Assembly: GCA_963798085.1 (NCBI GenBank)
Contig: CAWCRS010000003.1
Coordinates: forward strand, 416,001 to 480,000
DNA from: an uncultured Gemmatimonadales bacterium
GTDB lineage: Bacteria > Gemmatimonadota > Gemmatimonadetes > Longimicrobiales > RSA9
Reading direction: 5' to 3'
Length of the DNA: 64,000 nt
The position numbers and the translations under genes are program-made. Under the pieces are notes generated by a model. It saw only the letters and a program-made list of their open reading frames with translations. It was not told the DNA's origin and did not search any database. Below are positions 10,934-20,647 of the stretch, piece after piece (the stretch's first letter is position 1; the number at the start of each line of letters is the position of its first letter).

Positions 10934-13900
10934 ATGGCCAGCAGGAAGCAGACTACGAAGCGTGCTGTGAAGCGGGGTCGCAAGAGTGCAGCGAAGTCGT
11001 CGGCCGCGCGAGTGAAGGCCGCTTCGACGACGCAGCCGGATCGTTCGGCGCACGCACTGCAGGATGCTGCAGTGGAGGCGGCGCTGGCGACGGGCGAGCT
11101 GAGCGGGCCGCTCGAAGATTATTTCGGTGCGGCGAACTACGCGGAGCTGCGGCAGCTGGCGAGGGAAGCATCGACGCGCGCGGCGGTGCGGGGTGGTCCC
11201 CGCGTACTGATCCTTCCGGGCATCATGGGCTCGAAGATCGGCACGCAGGGTCCATTGATCTTCGATCATGTCTTCTGGGTCGACCCCATCAGCATTGCGG
11301 CGGGCAAGCTGGCGGACCTGGCGCTGCCGGGCAGCAGGAAATTCGAGCCGCTGGGTGTCATTCTGCTGGCCTACCTCAAGCTGAAGCTGCGACTCGTCGC
11401 TGCCGGCTATAACGCGGAGTTCTACCCGTTCGACTGGCGCCAGAGTGTGGACGATCTGGGGCGTGGCCTGAAGCAGCGCATCGAGCAGACGCCGGGGGAG
11501 TTGTCACTGGTGGCGCACAGCATGGGCGGGCTGGTGTCGCGCGCCGCCGTCGCGCAGGGCGCGAAGGTCAAGCGATTGATCATGCTGGGCACGCCCAACT
11601 TCGGCTCGTTCGCACCCGTAATGGCCATCCGCGCGACGTATGATGTGGTGCGCAAGGTGGGCTGGCTGGACACGAAGCACACGGCCGAGCAGCTGAGTCG
11701 CGATGTGTTCGGCACGTTTCCCGGGCTCGTGCAGATGCTGCCTTCGCCCGACCACTGGGACGGCCTGAACCTGTACGACCGCGCGACGTGGCCGGGTGAC
11801 CTGGCGCCGCACGCCGATATTCTGGCCGCCGCGCCCGGCGTGCAGAAGTCGCTGTCGCCGGGCCGCGACAACTTCTACCTGATCGCCGGCGTGGAGAAGT
11901 CCACGGCGGTGAGCACGCGGCTGGAGACTGACAACGGCGTCACGCAATTCGTGTACGACTACTCGCTCGAGGGTGACGGCACGGTACCCCTTGCCTTCGC
12001 GAAGCTGCCCGGCATTGCAAAGACGTACTACGTGGTCGAATCGCACGGCAGCCTGCCCAACAACGGCACGGTCGAGCAGGCCGTGCTGGACCTGCTGGAG
12101 AAGGACAGCACGAGTGTGCTGCCGGAGAGCTGGACGCCGCCGCAGCAGCGCGGCGCGGCGACGCGCCGGGAATCGGAGCTGCGCACGGAGCCGTTCGGCG
12201 GGCGGCGCGCCGGTCTGCTGAGCCAGTCGGAGGTGCGCCACCTGCTGGATGAGGTGGCCTCGCCGGACGCCGCGGAAACGGGCGAGGCGACAGGCGCGGC
12301 CACGGCCGCCGCGCCTGCGGCAGCGCCTCTAACGCCCGGTTATCAGCACGCCTTCGACCACGTGGTCGTGGGCCGGCGCACGCAGCATCGCATTGACCTG
12401 CGCTTCGCACAGGGCAGCATCACGGAGGCGAACACGCGTGCCATTCTGCTGGGCGTGTTCAGCGATGTCACGCCGTCGGGTGCGGCGAGGGCGCTGGACG
12501 AGCGCCTGGACGGCGCCATTACGGATCTGTTCCGCCGGCGCATGTTCGAGGCGAGGGTGGGTGAGGTGTTCGTGCTGCCCAAGGGCCGGCACCTGCTGGC
12601 GGCGGACTTCGTCACGTTCGTGGGACTGGGAAGTTTCGACCGCTTCGGCGACCAGTCGCTGCAGACGGCGGCCGAGAATGTGATCCGCATGCTGATCGCC
12701 GCCCGCATCGAGGAGTTCGCGACCGTGCTGTTCGGCGGCGGCTCGGGCGAGAGCCCGGCAGGCGCGCTGCAGAACCTGCTGACGGGATTCTTCCGCGGGT
12801 TGCGTGATGCGGATCACGATCAGGATTTCCGGCGCATCGTCATCTGCGAACAGGACCCGGCGCGCTACATCGCGCTCAAGTCGGAGCTGTTCCGTCTGTC
12901 CAGCACGGCGCTGTGCCAGGATGTGGAGATCACGTTCGAGGAGAAGCCACTGCCCGAGCCGCCGATCCTGACGGCGACCGAGACGCGCGGCGTCTCGCGC
13001 CTGGATCCGGTCTACCTGATCGTGCGCCAGGAGCAGAATGTGGCTGGCGACACGCACATCCGCTCCTCACTGCTGACTGCGGGCGCCAAGGCGACGATCA
13101 TCTCCGGCGTCCTCACCAATCCGGCCAGCGATCTGGAAACGCTGCGCCGCCAGATCGCCGAGGTGGATTCGACGAATTTCGAAAAAGCGGGGCCACAGCT
13201 GGCGCAGGCGGTGCTTTCCGAGCAGATCGTGCAGGTACTGCCCCGCTACCGCGACCATCACCTGGTCGTGGTGCACGACGCGGCCATGTCGCGTGTTCCG
13301 TGGGAAGTCATGGGACTGCGGTCGGGCGATGGTGACGCGGGTGGCGTGTGGTTCCCGGCTCTCGAGAAGGGCCTGACACACCGTTATGCCGCGGACAATC
13401 TCTCGGTTGCGAAGTGGCTGGAAGAGCGCGTGCAGGATGACAAGCTGAACATCCTGGTCGTGATCAATCCCACTGAGGACCCGGGCCTGGCGGCGGCCGA
13501 CATCGAAGGTGACCGCGTCGCAAAGCTGTTCGCGGGCCGTACCGACGGCGTGGTGCAGGTGTTGAAGGGCGCGGCGGCCACGCACCGCGCACTGCTGGCC
13601 GCATTCAGCTCGGGCAGGTACGATGTGATTCATTATGCGGGCCACGCCTTCTTCGACCCGCAGAATCCCGAGCGCAGCGGCATTCTCGCCCATCGCGAAG
13701 AGCCGCTGACCGGCGCGCAGCTGGCCGGGCTCAACAACCTGCCCACGCTGGTATTCTTCAATGCCTGCGAATCGGCGCGGGTGCGCGGCGTGCGCGGTGG
13801 CCCGAAGCTGAAGTTCAAGGCGCCCGCCTCGAAGCAGGAACACGCCGAGCGCGCGGTGGGCTTCGCCGAGGCGTTCATGCGCGGCGGCATTGCCAATTTC

Positions 13901-14122
13901 CTGGGCACGTACTGGCCCGTGCACGATGCGTCCGCCGGTGATTTCGCAGAGACGTTCTACGGCGAGCTGGTGCAGGGCAGCACGCTGAGCGACGCCCTGC
14001 TCGCGGGCCGCCGCCGTGTGCACGAGTTGACGGTGAACGAGGGTCAGAAGGACTGGGCCGATTACGTCTTCTATGGCAGTCCCGACTTCAGTCTGAAGCA
14101 ACCGCCGCCGGCGGGCGGCTGA
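10934..14122 (+). CDS. Fusion of alpha/beta-hydrolase (LCAT/PGAP1-like lipase), Macro/M17-N-like domain and CHAT caspase-like protease
   Basis: RBS GGAGG. Lipase motifs ILPGIMGS, FDWRQS, AHSMGG (11513-11530), GTPNFGS, GDGTVP and H. CHAT dyad HYAGH (13631-13645) and NACES (13760-13774), plus GTYWPV and WADYVFYG. Confidence 0.9.
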   Translation: MASRKQTTKRAVKRGRKSAAKSSAARVKAASTTQPDRSAHALQDAAVEAALATGELSGPLEDYFGAANYAELRQLAREASTRAAVRGGPRVLILPGIMGSKIGTQGPLIFDHVFWVDPISIAAGKLADLALPGSRKFEPLGVILLAYLKLKLRLVAAGYNAEFYPFDWRQSVDDLGRGLKQRIEQTPGELSLVAHSMGGLVSRAAVAQGAKVKRLIMLGTPNFGSFAPVMAIRATYDVVRKVGWLDTKHTAEQLSRDVFGTFPGLVQMLPSPDHWDGLNLYDRATWPGDLAPHADILAAAPGVQKSLSPGRDNFYLIAGVEKSTAVSTRLETDNGVTQFVYDYSLEGDGTVPLAFAKLPGIAKTYYVVESHGSLPNNGTVEQAVLDLLEKDSTSVLPESWTPPQQRGAATRRESELRTEPFGGRRAGLLSQSEVRHLLDEVASPDAAETGEATGAATAAAPAAAPLTPGYQHAFDHVVVGRRTQHRIDLRFAQGSITEANTRAILLGVFSDVTPSGAARALDERLDGAITDLFRRRMFEARVGEVFVLPKGRHLLAADFVTFVGLGSFDRFGDQSLQTAAENVIRMLIAARIEEFATVLFGGGSGESPAGALQNLLTGFFRGLRDADHDQDFRRIVICEQDPARYIALKSELFRLSSTALCQDVEITFEEKPLPEPPILTATETRGVSRLDPVYLIVRQEQNVAGDTHIRSSLLTAGAKATIISGVLTNPASDLETLRRQIAEVDSTNFEKAGPQLAQAVLSEQIVQVLPRYRDHHLVVVHDAAMSRVPWEVMGLRSGDGDAGGVWFPALEKGLTHRYAADNLSVAKWLEERVQDDKLNILVVINPTEDPGLAAADIEGDRVAKLFAGRTDGVVQVLKGAAATHRALLAAFSSGRYDVIHYAGHAFFDPQNPERSGILAHREEPLTGAQLAGLNNLPTLVFFNACESARVRGVRGGPKLKFKAPASKQEHAERAVGFAEAFMRGGIANFLGTYWPVHDASAGDFAETFYGELVQGSTLSDALLAGRRRVHELTVNEGQKDWADYVFYGSPDFSLKQPPPAGG

Positions 14123-14165
14123 CCGGGCTGACTCGTACTGACGCGAATCCGGATGGAGGAGAGCG

Positions 14166-15573
14166 ATGCCTGACCAGACATGTTTCGTGATTCAGGGCTT
14201 CAACAAGAAGCAGGACTATCCGACGGGCCGGACGCTGGACCTGGACGCGTCGTACGCGGTGATCAAGGAAGCCGTCGAGTCCATGGGTCTGAACTGCGTT
14301 CGTGCGGATGAGATCAAACACTCCGGCACGATCAATGAACCGATGTTCCAGCAGATCCTGGATGCCGACATCGTGATCGCGGATCTGTCGACGTACAACG
14401 TGAACGCGGCCTACGAGCTGGGCGTGCGCCACGCACTGCGCCCGTATACGACGATCATTGTGGCCGAGAATCAGATGAAATACCCGTTCGACTTCAGCCA
14501 CATCGCCATTCAGTCGTACGAGCATTCTGGGTTCGGATATCGGACGGCGCGAGGCCGCGCGCTTCCAGGACGTGCTGCGCGGCCTGATTGCCGCGCTGCT
14601 GCAGAAGAGCAACACGGACAGTCCGGTCTACACCTTCATCCCCGCACTGACGCCGCCGGCCCGTCCCGCACCACCACCACCGCCACCGCCGCCACCCGCG
14701 CCCCCGGCCGCTCCCGCGACACGCGGCGCCTCGCCGGCGCCAGCCGCTGCGCAGCCTCAGGCGGCGGGCGCAGCCGCCGGCACGGCCGCAGCCGCAGGTG
14801 AGAGCATCAAGTCGCGCACCGACCGGGCAAGAGACGCACTGCGCCGCAGCGACTTCGTGACCGCACGCGCGGAGCTGCTGTCGCTGCAGAACGATCTGAA
14901 ACAGTCAGGCACTCCGGACGCCTCGATCACACAGATGCTGGCGCTGGCTACCTACAAGGGCGGCAAGCCCACCGTGGATGCAGCACTGGGTGAAGCACGC
15001 GGTTATCTCGCGGAGCTGGATCCCGCCAATTCGCATGACACGGAGACGCTGGGACTGTGGGGCGCCATCCACAAGCGGATCTGGGACCGGAGCAGGGATC
15101 CGGCGGCTCTCAATGAGGCCATCCGCGGTTACGAGCGCGGATTCCAGCTGCGACAGGATTACTACAATGGCATTAACTACGCGTTTCTGCTCAATGTGCG
15201 CGCGCACGAGCTGACCGGGACGAAGCTGCCCGAGGCCGTGACCGACTGGGTGATCGCGGAGCGGGTGCGCCAGCAGGTGCTCGAGATCTGCGCCACGGAG
15301 CTGCAGAAGATCCCGGCTGTAGACGTCACTGCCGATGACGCGGCGTCGAAGGAGCTGATCGACCGCAAGTACTGGATCCTTGCGACACTGCAGGAAGCGG
15401 CCGCAGGTCTGGGCGACGACGCTGCCATGGACCAGTGGAAGCAGCAGGCGGCCGCGCTCAATCCTGCGGGCTGGATGCTGGAATCGACGATCAGTCAGAT
15501 CATGCGCCTGCAGCAGCTGCTGGCCGATCCGCCCACGCGCGCGCTGGGCGCCGCCGCCGGCGCCGGTACCTGA
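14166..15573 (+). CDS. Nucleoside-deoxyribosyltransferase-like (DRHyd/ASK-type) domain + Pro linker + TPR-like (DUF4071/TPR-S-like) protein; one frameshift near 14525
   Basis: RBS GGAGGAG. CFVIQGF, CVRADE, ADIVIADLSTYNVNAAYELGVRHAL and PFD motifs, then after removing one base EHLGSDIG...DSPVY, ETLGLWGAIHKR, DYYNGINYAFL and YWILATLQEA. Confidence 0.8.
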
Positions 15574-15668
15574 AGACGCGGCGATCTGCGTCGAGCCATG
15601 TGCATGAGGACTGCATGCAACAGGCGGGTGCGAAACCGCCGATCCGGCCGGCCTGACGCTCTGTCAGG

Positions 15669-16286
15669 GTGAGCTACGATCTGAGTCTGACGCGCGGCAA
15701 TTACGCCTGGGAGAACGCCGGCGTCGAGATCGCGCCCTTCGAGCTGCGCGAGCTGATGGCCGGCGATCGCTCGTTGCGTGGCGAGCTGATCGATGGCGAA
15801 CTGGTCGGCTTGCGCTGGGGCGGCCATCCGGATGGCGACACGGTCGTGTTCCGCCTGGCCGACGGCAATCTCGTTGCCAGCGATCCCGACCGCCCCACGG
15901 TCAGCAAGCTGGTCGACATGGCCACGCGGCTGCGCGGGCGCGTGCTGGGCGATGACGGCGAGCGCTACGCCCGCGATGGCAGCTGGACGCACCCTGCGGC
16001 CGGCGCCGGCCGCGTCGGTGGTGCGACGCAGGACCGCCGCCAGTTCTTCCGCGGCCTGTTCGACATGGCGCGCCAATCCGTGCGCGCCACCCCAGCCCGC
16101 CCGAATGCCCCCTTCCACAAAGGCGATCGCGTTCGCGATACCGCGGGCAATGTGGCAACCGTTCTCGGCATCGAGTACGTCAACGGCGGCGGCCTCAATG
16201 TGCTGGTCACGCGCTTCCCGGATGGGAGGCTGGTGAAGAGGGCGCTGAGGACGACGCAGGACCTGGTGAGGGAGGCGCAGGCGTGA
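15669..16286 (+). CDS. Hypothetical protein (YDLSLTR...RVLGDDGERY domain plus small C-terminal beta domain)
   Basis: Clean ORF with GC-typical codon usage and a globular-looking sequence. Confidence 0.6.
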   Translation: MSYDLSLTRGNYAWENAGVEIAPFELRELMAGDRSLRGELIDGELVGLRWGGHPDGDTVVFRLADGNLVASDPDRPTVSKLVDMATRLRGRVLGDDGERYARDGSWTHPAAGAGRVGGATQDRRQFFRGLFDMARQSVRATPARPNAPFHKGDRVRDTAGNVATVLGIEYVNGGGLNVLVTRFPDGRLVKRALRTTQDLVREAQA

Positions 16287-16332
16287 ACCGCGTCACGAGG
16301 ACCATGATCGGTACGCCACGTCTTCTGGTAGC

Positions 16333-16571
16333 TCCACGCAAACGGATCGTTATCACACAGGGGACACGGGGGGATCTGAGGGGCGCTGGTCGGGAGCGGG
16401 ACAAGCCCATGGCCTTTTTGTCGTTCCAGGCAAACGGATCGTTATCACACAGGGGACACGGGGGGGGTTAGGGGCGCTGGTCGGGAGCGGGACAAGCCCA
16501 TGGCCTTTTGTCGTTCCACGCAAACGGATCGTTATCACACAGGGGACACGGGGGGATGCGAGGGGCGCTGG
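16333..16571 (+). repeat. Tandem repeat, about 2.6 copies of a 90-92 bp unit
   Basis: Units start at 16333, 16425 and 16515: TCCA(C/G)GCAAACGGATCGTTATCACACAGGGGACACGGGGGG...AGGGGCGCTGGTCGGGAGCGGGACAAGCCCATGGCCTTTT. Confidence 0.95.
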
Positions 16572-16747
16572 CTGGCACCTGGACCAACCCGGTCGTGGGG
16601 GAGGCCGGTGCTTGGAGGATCTGATTGACGGATTACGAAAACATCACGTGCACCCGATCAGGGCCGGTCACCCGTAGATCCTGATTTGTGCAATATCTGT
16701 TGAAACAGATTCCGCGGTCCTCTCCTGTCACGCCCGACTGCGTGAAC

Positions 16748-16814
16748 CGCGCCCCTCAGTAGCCTCAGTTCCCCCGTGTTATCCTCTGTGTGAAAACAAT
16801 CTGTTTGCCTGGAA
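16748..16814 (-). repeat. Diverged inverted copy of the tandem-repeat core
   Basis: Reverse complement reads TTCCAGGCAAACAGATTGTTTTCACACAGAGGATAACACGGGGGAACTGAGG...GAGGGGCGCGG. Confidence 0.8.
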
Positions 16815-17328
16815 CTCCCTGCACGCCGACCGGAGCCGCCCGCTCACCGTGACCTCGCACCACAGCCCCACCCCTCCGCAGCCGTCGCTCCGGCAGCCCG
16901 AGGAGGAAGATGCTGAAGGCGCAGCCGGCGCAGGTCACGCACCAGGGGCAGAAGGCGTGGATGAAGAAGACTTCGACGCTGGTGTTGTAAGTGGCGAAGG
17001 CGGCGGCGCAGCAGCCGAGTGCGAACAGCGTTGTAGACACGCCGCGGTCTTCGAAAAAGCGCGGGCGGGTGCCGGCGAGTGCGGTGGACAGGAGCGCCGT
17101 GTACGCAACCACACCAATGTAGACAACGGGGATGCCCGCCAGCTTCGACCACTCCGAGAGCTGCACCGTTTCGCAGCCTTTGCCGGCGACGCCGCAGAGG
17201 AGTGTGCCCAGTATGCCAAGGCGGTACAGCGACAGATAAATGGCAATCATCAGTCCGACCAGCGCCAGCAGGGCAATGCCCATGCGCCGGTAGATGGTGG
17301 CTGCGGATACAGTGGCGCCTTCATTCAT
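16765..17328 (-). CDS. Vitamin K epoxide reductase (VKOR) family protein
   Basis: Loop cysteines C..GCETVQLSEWS..GIPV, CPWC redox motif and multiple TM helices. Confidence 0.9.
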   Translation of the reverse strand: MNEGATVSAATIYRRMGIALLALVGLMIAIYLSLYRLGILGTLLCGVAGKGCETVQLSEWSKLAGIPVVYIGVVAYTALLSTALAGTRPRFFEDRGVSTTLFALGCCAAAFATYNTSVEVFFIHAFCPWCVTCAGCAFSIFLLGLPERRLRRGGAVVRGHGERAAPVGVQGVPGKQIVFTQRITRGN

Positions 17329-17574
17329 GGCTGGCCCGGCTCCGGCTCAACGGTGGCGCGCGTGGCAGTCGCACCCGGGCGGTGCATGACGCGCTGCTGC
17401 CAGTATCGACAGCACTCCATGTGTACACGCAATGGTGTGCGGACAATGCGGGCGATCCCCCGACAACGTGTCGCCGGATGCCTTACACGGGTTGCGCAAA
17501 CGCGGAAGTTGCAGCCGGCCGAGCGAGGATCTGGCGGAAACGAAGCGCGCGCGGAGCGGCGCCGTCGCCTGCAA

Positions 17575-17914
17575 TCAGAAAGGCGTGAAGCCGGGCAGGA
17601 ACTTGAACAGGATGACCAGGCTGATGACCACGAAGAGCGCCAGCATGAGCGGCCCGAAGAAGACCCGGCTGAAGAGCGGGCTGTCGTAGCGCAGGTGCAT
17701 GTAGAAGAGCACGACAATGACGAACTTCGTGGCCGAGAGAATGAGCAGGACGGGCACGAGGATGCGCGCCAGTGCGGGAATGTAGAAGATCGCGACTTCG
17801 ACAGCGGTGATGACGGTGAGGATGACACGCCACCAGCACGTACGTGCCCACGGTCGCGTGAGCGGCGTGGCCCGGGTCGTGGGTCGTGCTCGTCGTTGCT
17901 GCGGGTTCCGCCAC
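17575..17914 (-). CDS. ctaF: Cytochrome c oxidase subunit IV (caa3 type), frameshift near 17830
   Basis: ILTVITAVEV and LSATKFVIVVLFYMHLRYD motifs; last gene of the cta cluster. Confidence 0.8.
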
Positions 17915-17933
17915 GATCGTGCTCCTGTTGATC

Positions 17934-18536
17934 TCAGTTGATCAGGTAGATGAGCGTGAAGATCGCGATCCAGACGATGTCGACGAAGTGCCAGTAGAGT
18001 CCCGCGATCTCCAGGCGAAGCGCGTTGTGCGAGCGCAGCCGGCCTTTCCACGCATCAGTCCAGAGGATCAGCAGCCAGATCACGCCCACCGTGACGTGAG
18101 CGCCATGGAACCCCGTCAGTATGAAGAACGACGAGCCGAACAGGTTCTTCTGCAGCGTCAGTCCTTCGTGGTAGAAGTGCGTGAACTCGTACGACTGGAA
18201 GCCGAGGAACAGTGCGCCCAGCACGCACACCGCCATGATTCCGAAGAGCGCGGCCTTGCGCCGGTCGCGCTGCACCGCATCGAGCGCGATCACCATCGCG
18301 AGCGAACTCATGAGCAGCACGAACGTGCTGATGCTGGTCAATGGAATGTTCAGGATCGCGCGCGGCAGTGGCCCGACAATGCTCTCGTGCTTGTAGACCA
18401 TGTACGTCGAGATCAGCGACCCGAAGAACAGCGTCTCCGAGCCGAGGAAGATCCAGAAGCCGAGCTTCCAGGTGTCGAGGCCGGTTGCGGTGGGCGCGTG
18501 GCCGGGTGCGCGGATCGCGGCGGATTCCGTGCTCAT
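17934..18536 (-). CDS. ctaE: Cytochrome c oxidase subunit III
   Basis: WIFLGSETLFF, FFILTGFHGAHV and GLYWHFVDIVW motifs. Confidence 0.95.
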   Translation of the reverse strand: MSTESAAIRAPGHAPTATGLDTWKLGFWIFLGSETLFFGSLISTYMVYKHESIVGPLPRAILNIPLTSISTFVLLMSSLAMVIALDAVQRDRRKAALFGIMAVCVLGALFLGFQSYEFTHFYHEGLTLQKNLFGSSFFILTGFHGAHVTVGVIWLLILWTDAWKGRLRSHNALRLEIAGLYWHFVDIVWIAIFTLIYLIN

Positions 18537-18558
18537 CTGCTCCCGCCGGCTGAACTGT

Positions 18559-18792
18559 GTTGCTGGCAGTGGTTGCTCGGGCTGGTTGCTGGGGAACAGA
18601 TCACAGCCAGGCCCGCAGCAGATCCGAGCGGTTGGCCGGCATGTGCGGGACACGCGGCCCGGGTGCTCCGCCGCGTCCGCTCACGCAGAGTGATCGATTC
18701 GTCTAACACCATCTTCACGCGCGTCCTCTCATCCCAACTGCAAGATCCGTTGTCAATTCAGTCGTTCCCCACCAACCAGCCCCAGCAACGCC
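18559..18792. repeat. Inverted-repeat element between ctaD and ctaE
   Basis: 26-bp arms at 18572-18597 and 18764-18789 with 2 mismatches (GTTCCCCAGCAACCAGCCCCAGCAAC consensus). Confidence 0.8.
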
Positions 18793-18804
18793 GTTCGCAG
18801 TCTC

Positions 18805-20620
18805 TCAGGCATGCCCACCCTCATACGCCCAGTTGACCACGCCTACGGCCGCCCAGGCTACGCCCATGAGTGGCGCCCACCAGAGGTGCGTCAGGAACAG
18901 GGCGAACGTGCCGACCACGCCCATGGCGGTGAACAGCGGCCAGTAGGAAGGTGGCGGCATGTGGAACGACTCGGGCGGGCCGAAGGCGACGGCTTCGACG
19001 CGCTCGCGCTCGAGCCACAGCGGTTCCCGGCTGTGCACCGTGGGTATGCGCTGGAAGTTGTGCTCGACGGGCGGGCTCTCGGTCGCCCACTCGAGCGTCG
19101 CTGCGCCCCACGGATTGCGGCCCGCGGGCTCGCCATGTTTGAGACTCCGGAACACGTTGATGAAGATCAGCAGCACGCCCACCGCGGTCAGGAATCCGCC
19201 GACCGTGGCGATCATGTTGAGGTTGCCGAGGCCCAGCTCGCTCGAGTACGTGAATACGCGCCGAGGCATGCCCAGCAGGCCGATCCAGTGCATGGGCAGG
19301 AACGTCGTGTGCAGGCCGACGACGTAGAACCAGAAGCTCCACCTGCCCAGCCGCTCGTTCATCAGACGGCCGGTGACCTTCGGATACCAGTAGTGGATGC
19401 CGGAGAGCACGCCCAGGATGAGGCCGCCCAGCAGCACGTAATGGAAGTGCGCGACGACGAAATACGTGTCGGTCTGCTGCAGGTCGTGCGGCGATGTCGC
19501 ATGCATCACACCGGAGACACCGCCCATGGTGAAGGTCGCGACCGCGGCCGTCGCGTACATCATCGCAGCTGGTGAAGCGGATCGAGCCGCCCCACATGGT
19601 GGCAATCCAGTTGAAGATCTTCACGCCCGTCGGGAATGGCGATGATCATCGTGCTGATGGTGAAGAACGAATCGGCAATCGGCCCCATGCCGGTGGCGAA
19701 CATGTGGTGCGCCCAGACGCCCCAGCCGATCGAGGCCGATCAGTGCGCCCGAGTACACCATCACGGCGTAACCGAAGAGCGGCTTGCGCGAGAACGTCGG
19801 AATCACTTCGGACAGGATGCCGAATGCGGGCAGGATCAGGATGTACACTTCCGGATGCCCGAACAGCCAGAACAGGTGCTGCCAGAGTATGGGATCGCCG
19901 CCGGCCGCGGTGGCGAAGAAGAGCGTGCCCCAGAAGCGGTCGAATGTGACCAGGAACAGCGCCACCGCGAACACGGGCAGTGCGGTGATGATGATGAAGC
20001 TGGTGATCAGCGCCATCCAGGTGAACAGTGGCAGGCGCATCAGTGCGCATGCCGGGCGCGCGCAGGTTTACGATCGTGGCAATGAAGTTGACGCCGCCCA
20101 TGATCGACGCGATGCCCAGCATCTGCAGGCCGAGCGCCCAGAAATCGATGTTGAGGCCGGGCGCGAACTGGCGCTCCGTGAGGTTGGCGTACCCGAACCA
20201 GCCGCCGTTGGGCGCCTGACCCACGAGGAAGCTCGAGTTCATGAACAGCGCGCCGAAGAAGAAGATCCAGAAGGAGAGCGCGTTGAGGCGAGGGAACGCC
20301 ACGTCGCGGGCGCCGATCTGGAGCGGCACGATGAAGTTGAAGAATGCTACGGCAATGGGCATCCCGACCAGGAACACCATGGTCGTGCCGTGCATGGTAA
20401 ACAGCTGGTTATACGTGTCCGCGGTAACGAAGTGGTTTTCCGGCCGGGACAGCTGTATGCGCATCAGCAGGGCTTCGATGCCACCGACCAGGAAGAAGAC
20501 CAGTGCGGTGAGGCCGTACATTACGCCGATCTTCTTGTGATCGACGGTCGTGAGCCACTCCCACACGACCGACCTGCGCTCGTGCGTAGCGACTGCCACC
20601 GGTGTTGCAGTGCTTGCCAT
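18805..20620 (-). CDS. ctaD: Cytochrome c oxidase subunit I (several frameshifts, probably artefacts)
   Basis: TVDHKKIG, FTMHGTTM, WLFGHPEVYILILP, AHHMF and FVVAHFHYV across ORFs 19646-20620, 19621-20040 and 18805-19605. Confidence 0.92.
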
Positions 20621-20647
20621 CCGGATCCTCGATAACGCGCTGTCCGC

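Noticed and set aside
16333..16571. CRISPR array
   Set aside because: The sequence between the conserved blocks is itself repeated, so there are no unique spacers. There are only about 3 units and no cas genes.
18805..20620. ctaD pseudogene or programmed frameshifting
   Set aside because: All metal-ligand motifs and partner genes are intact and no slippery sites are evident; consistent with sequencing errors.
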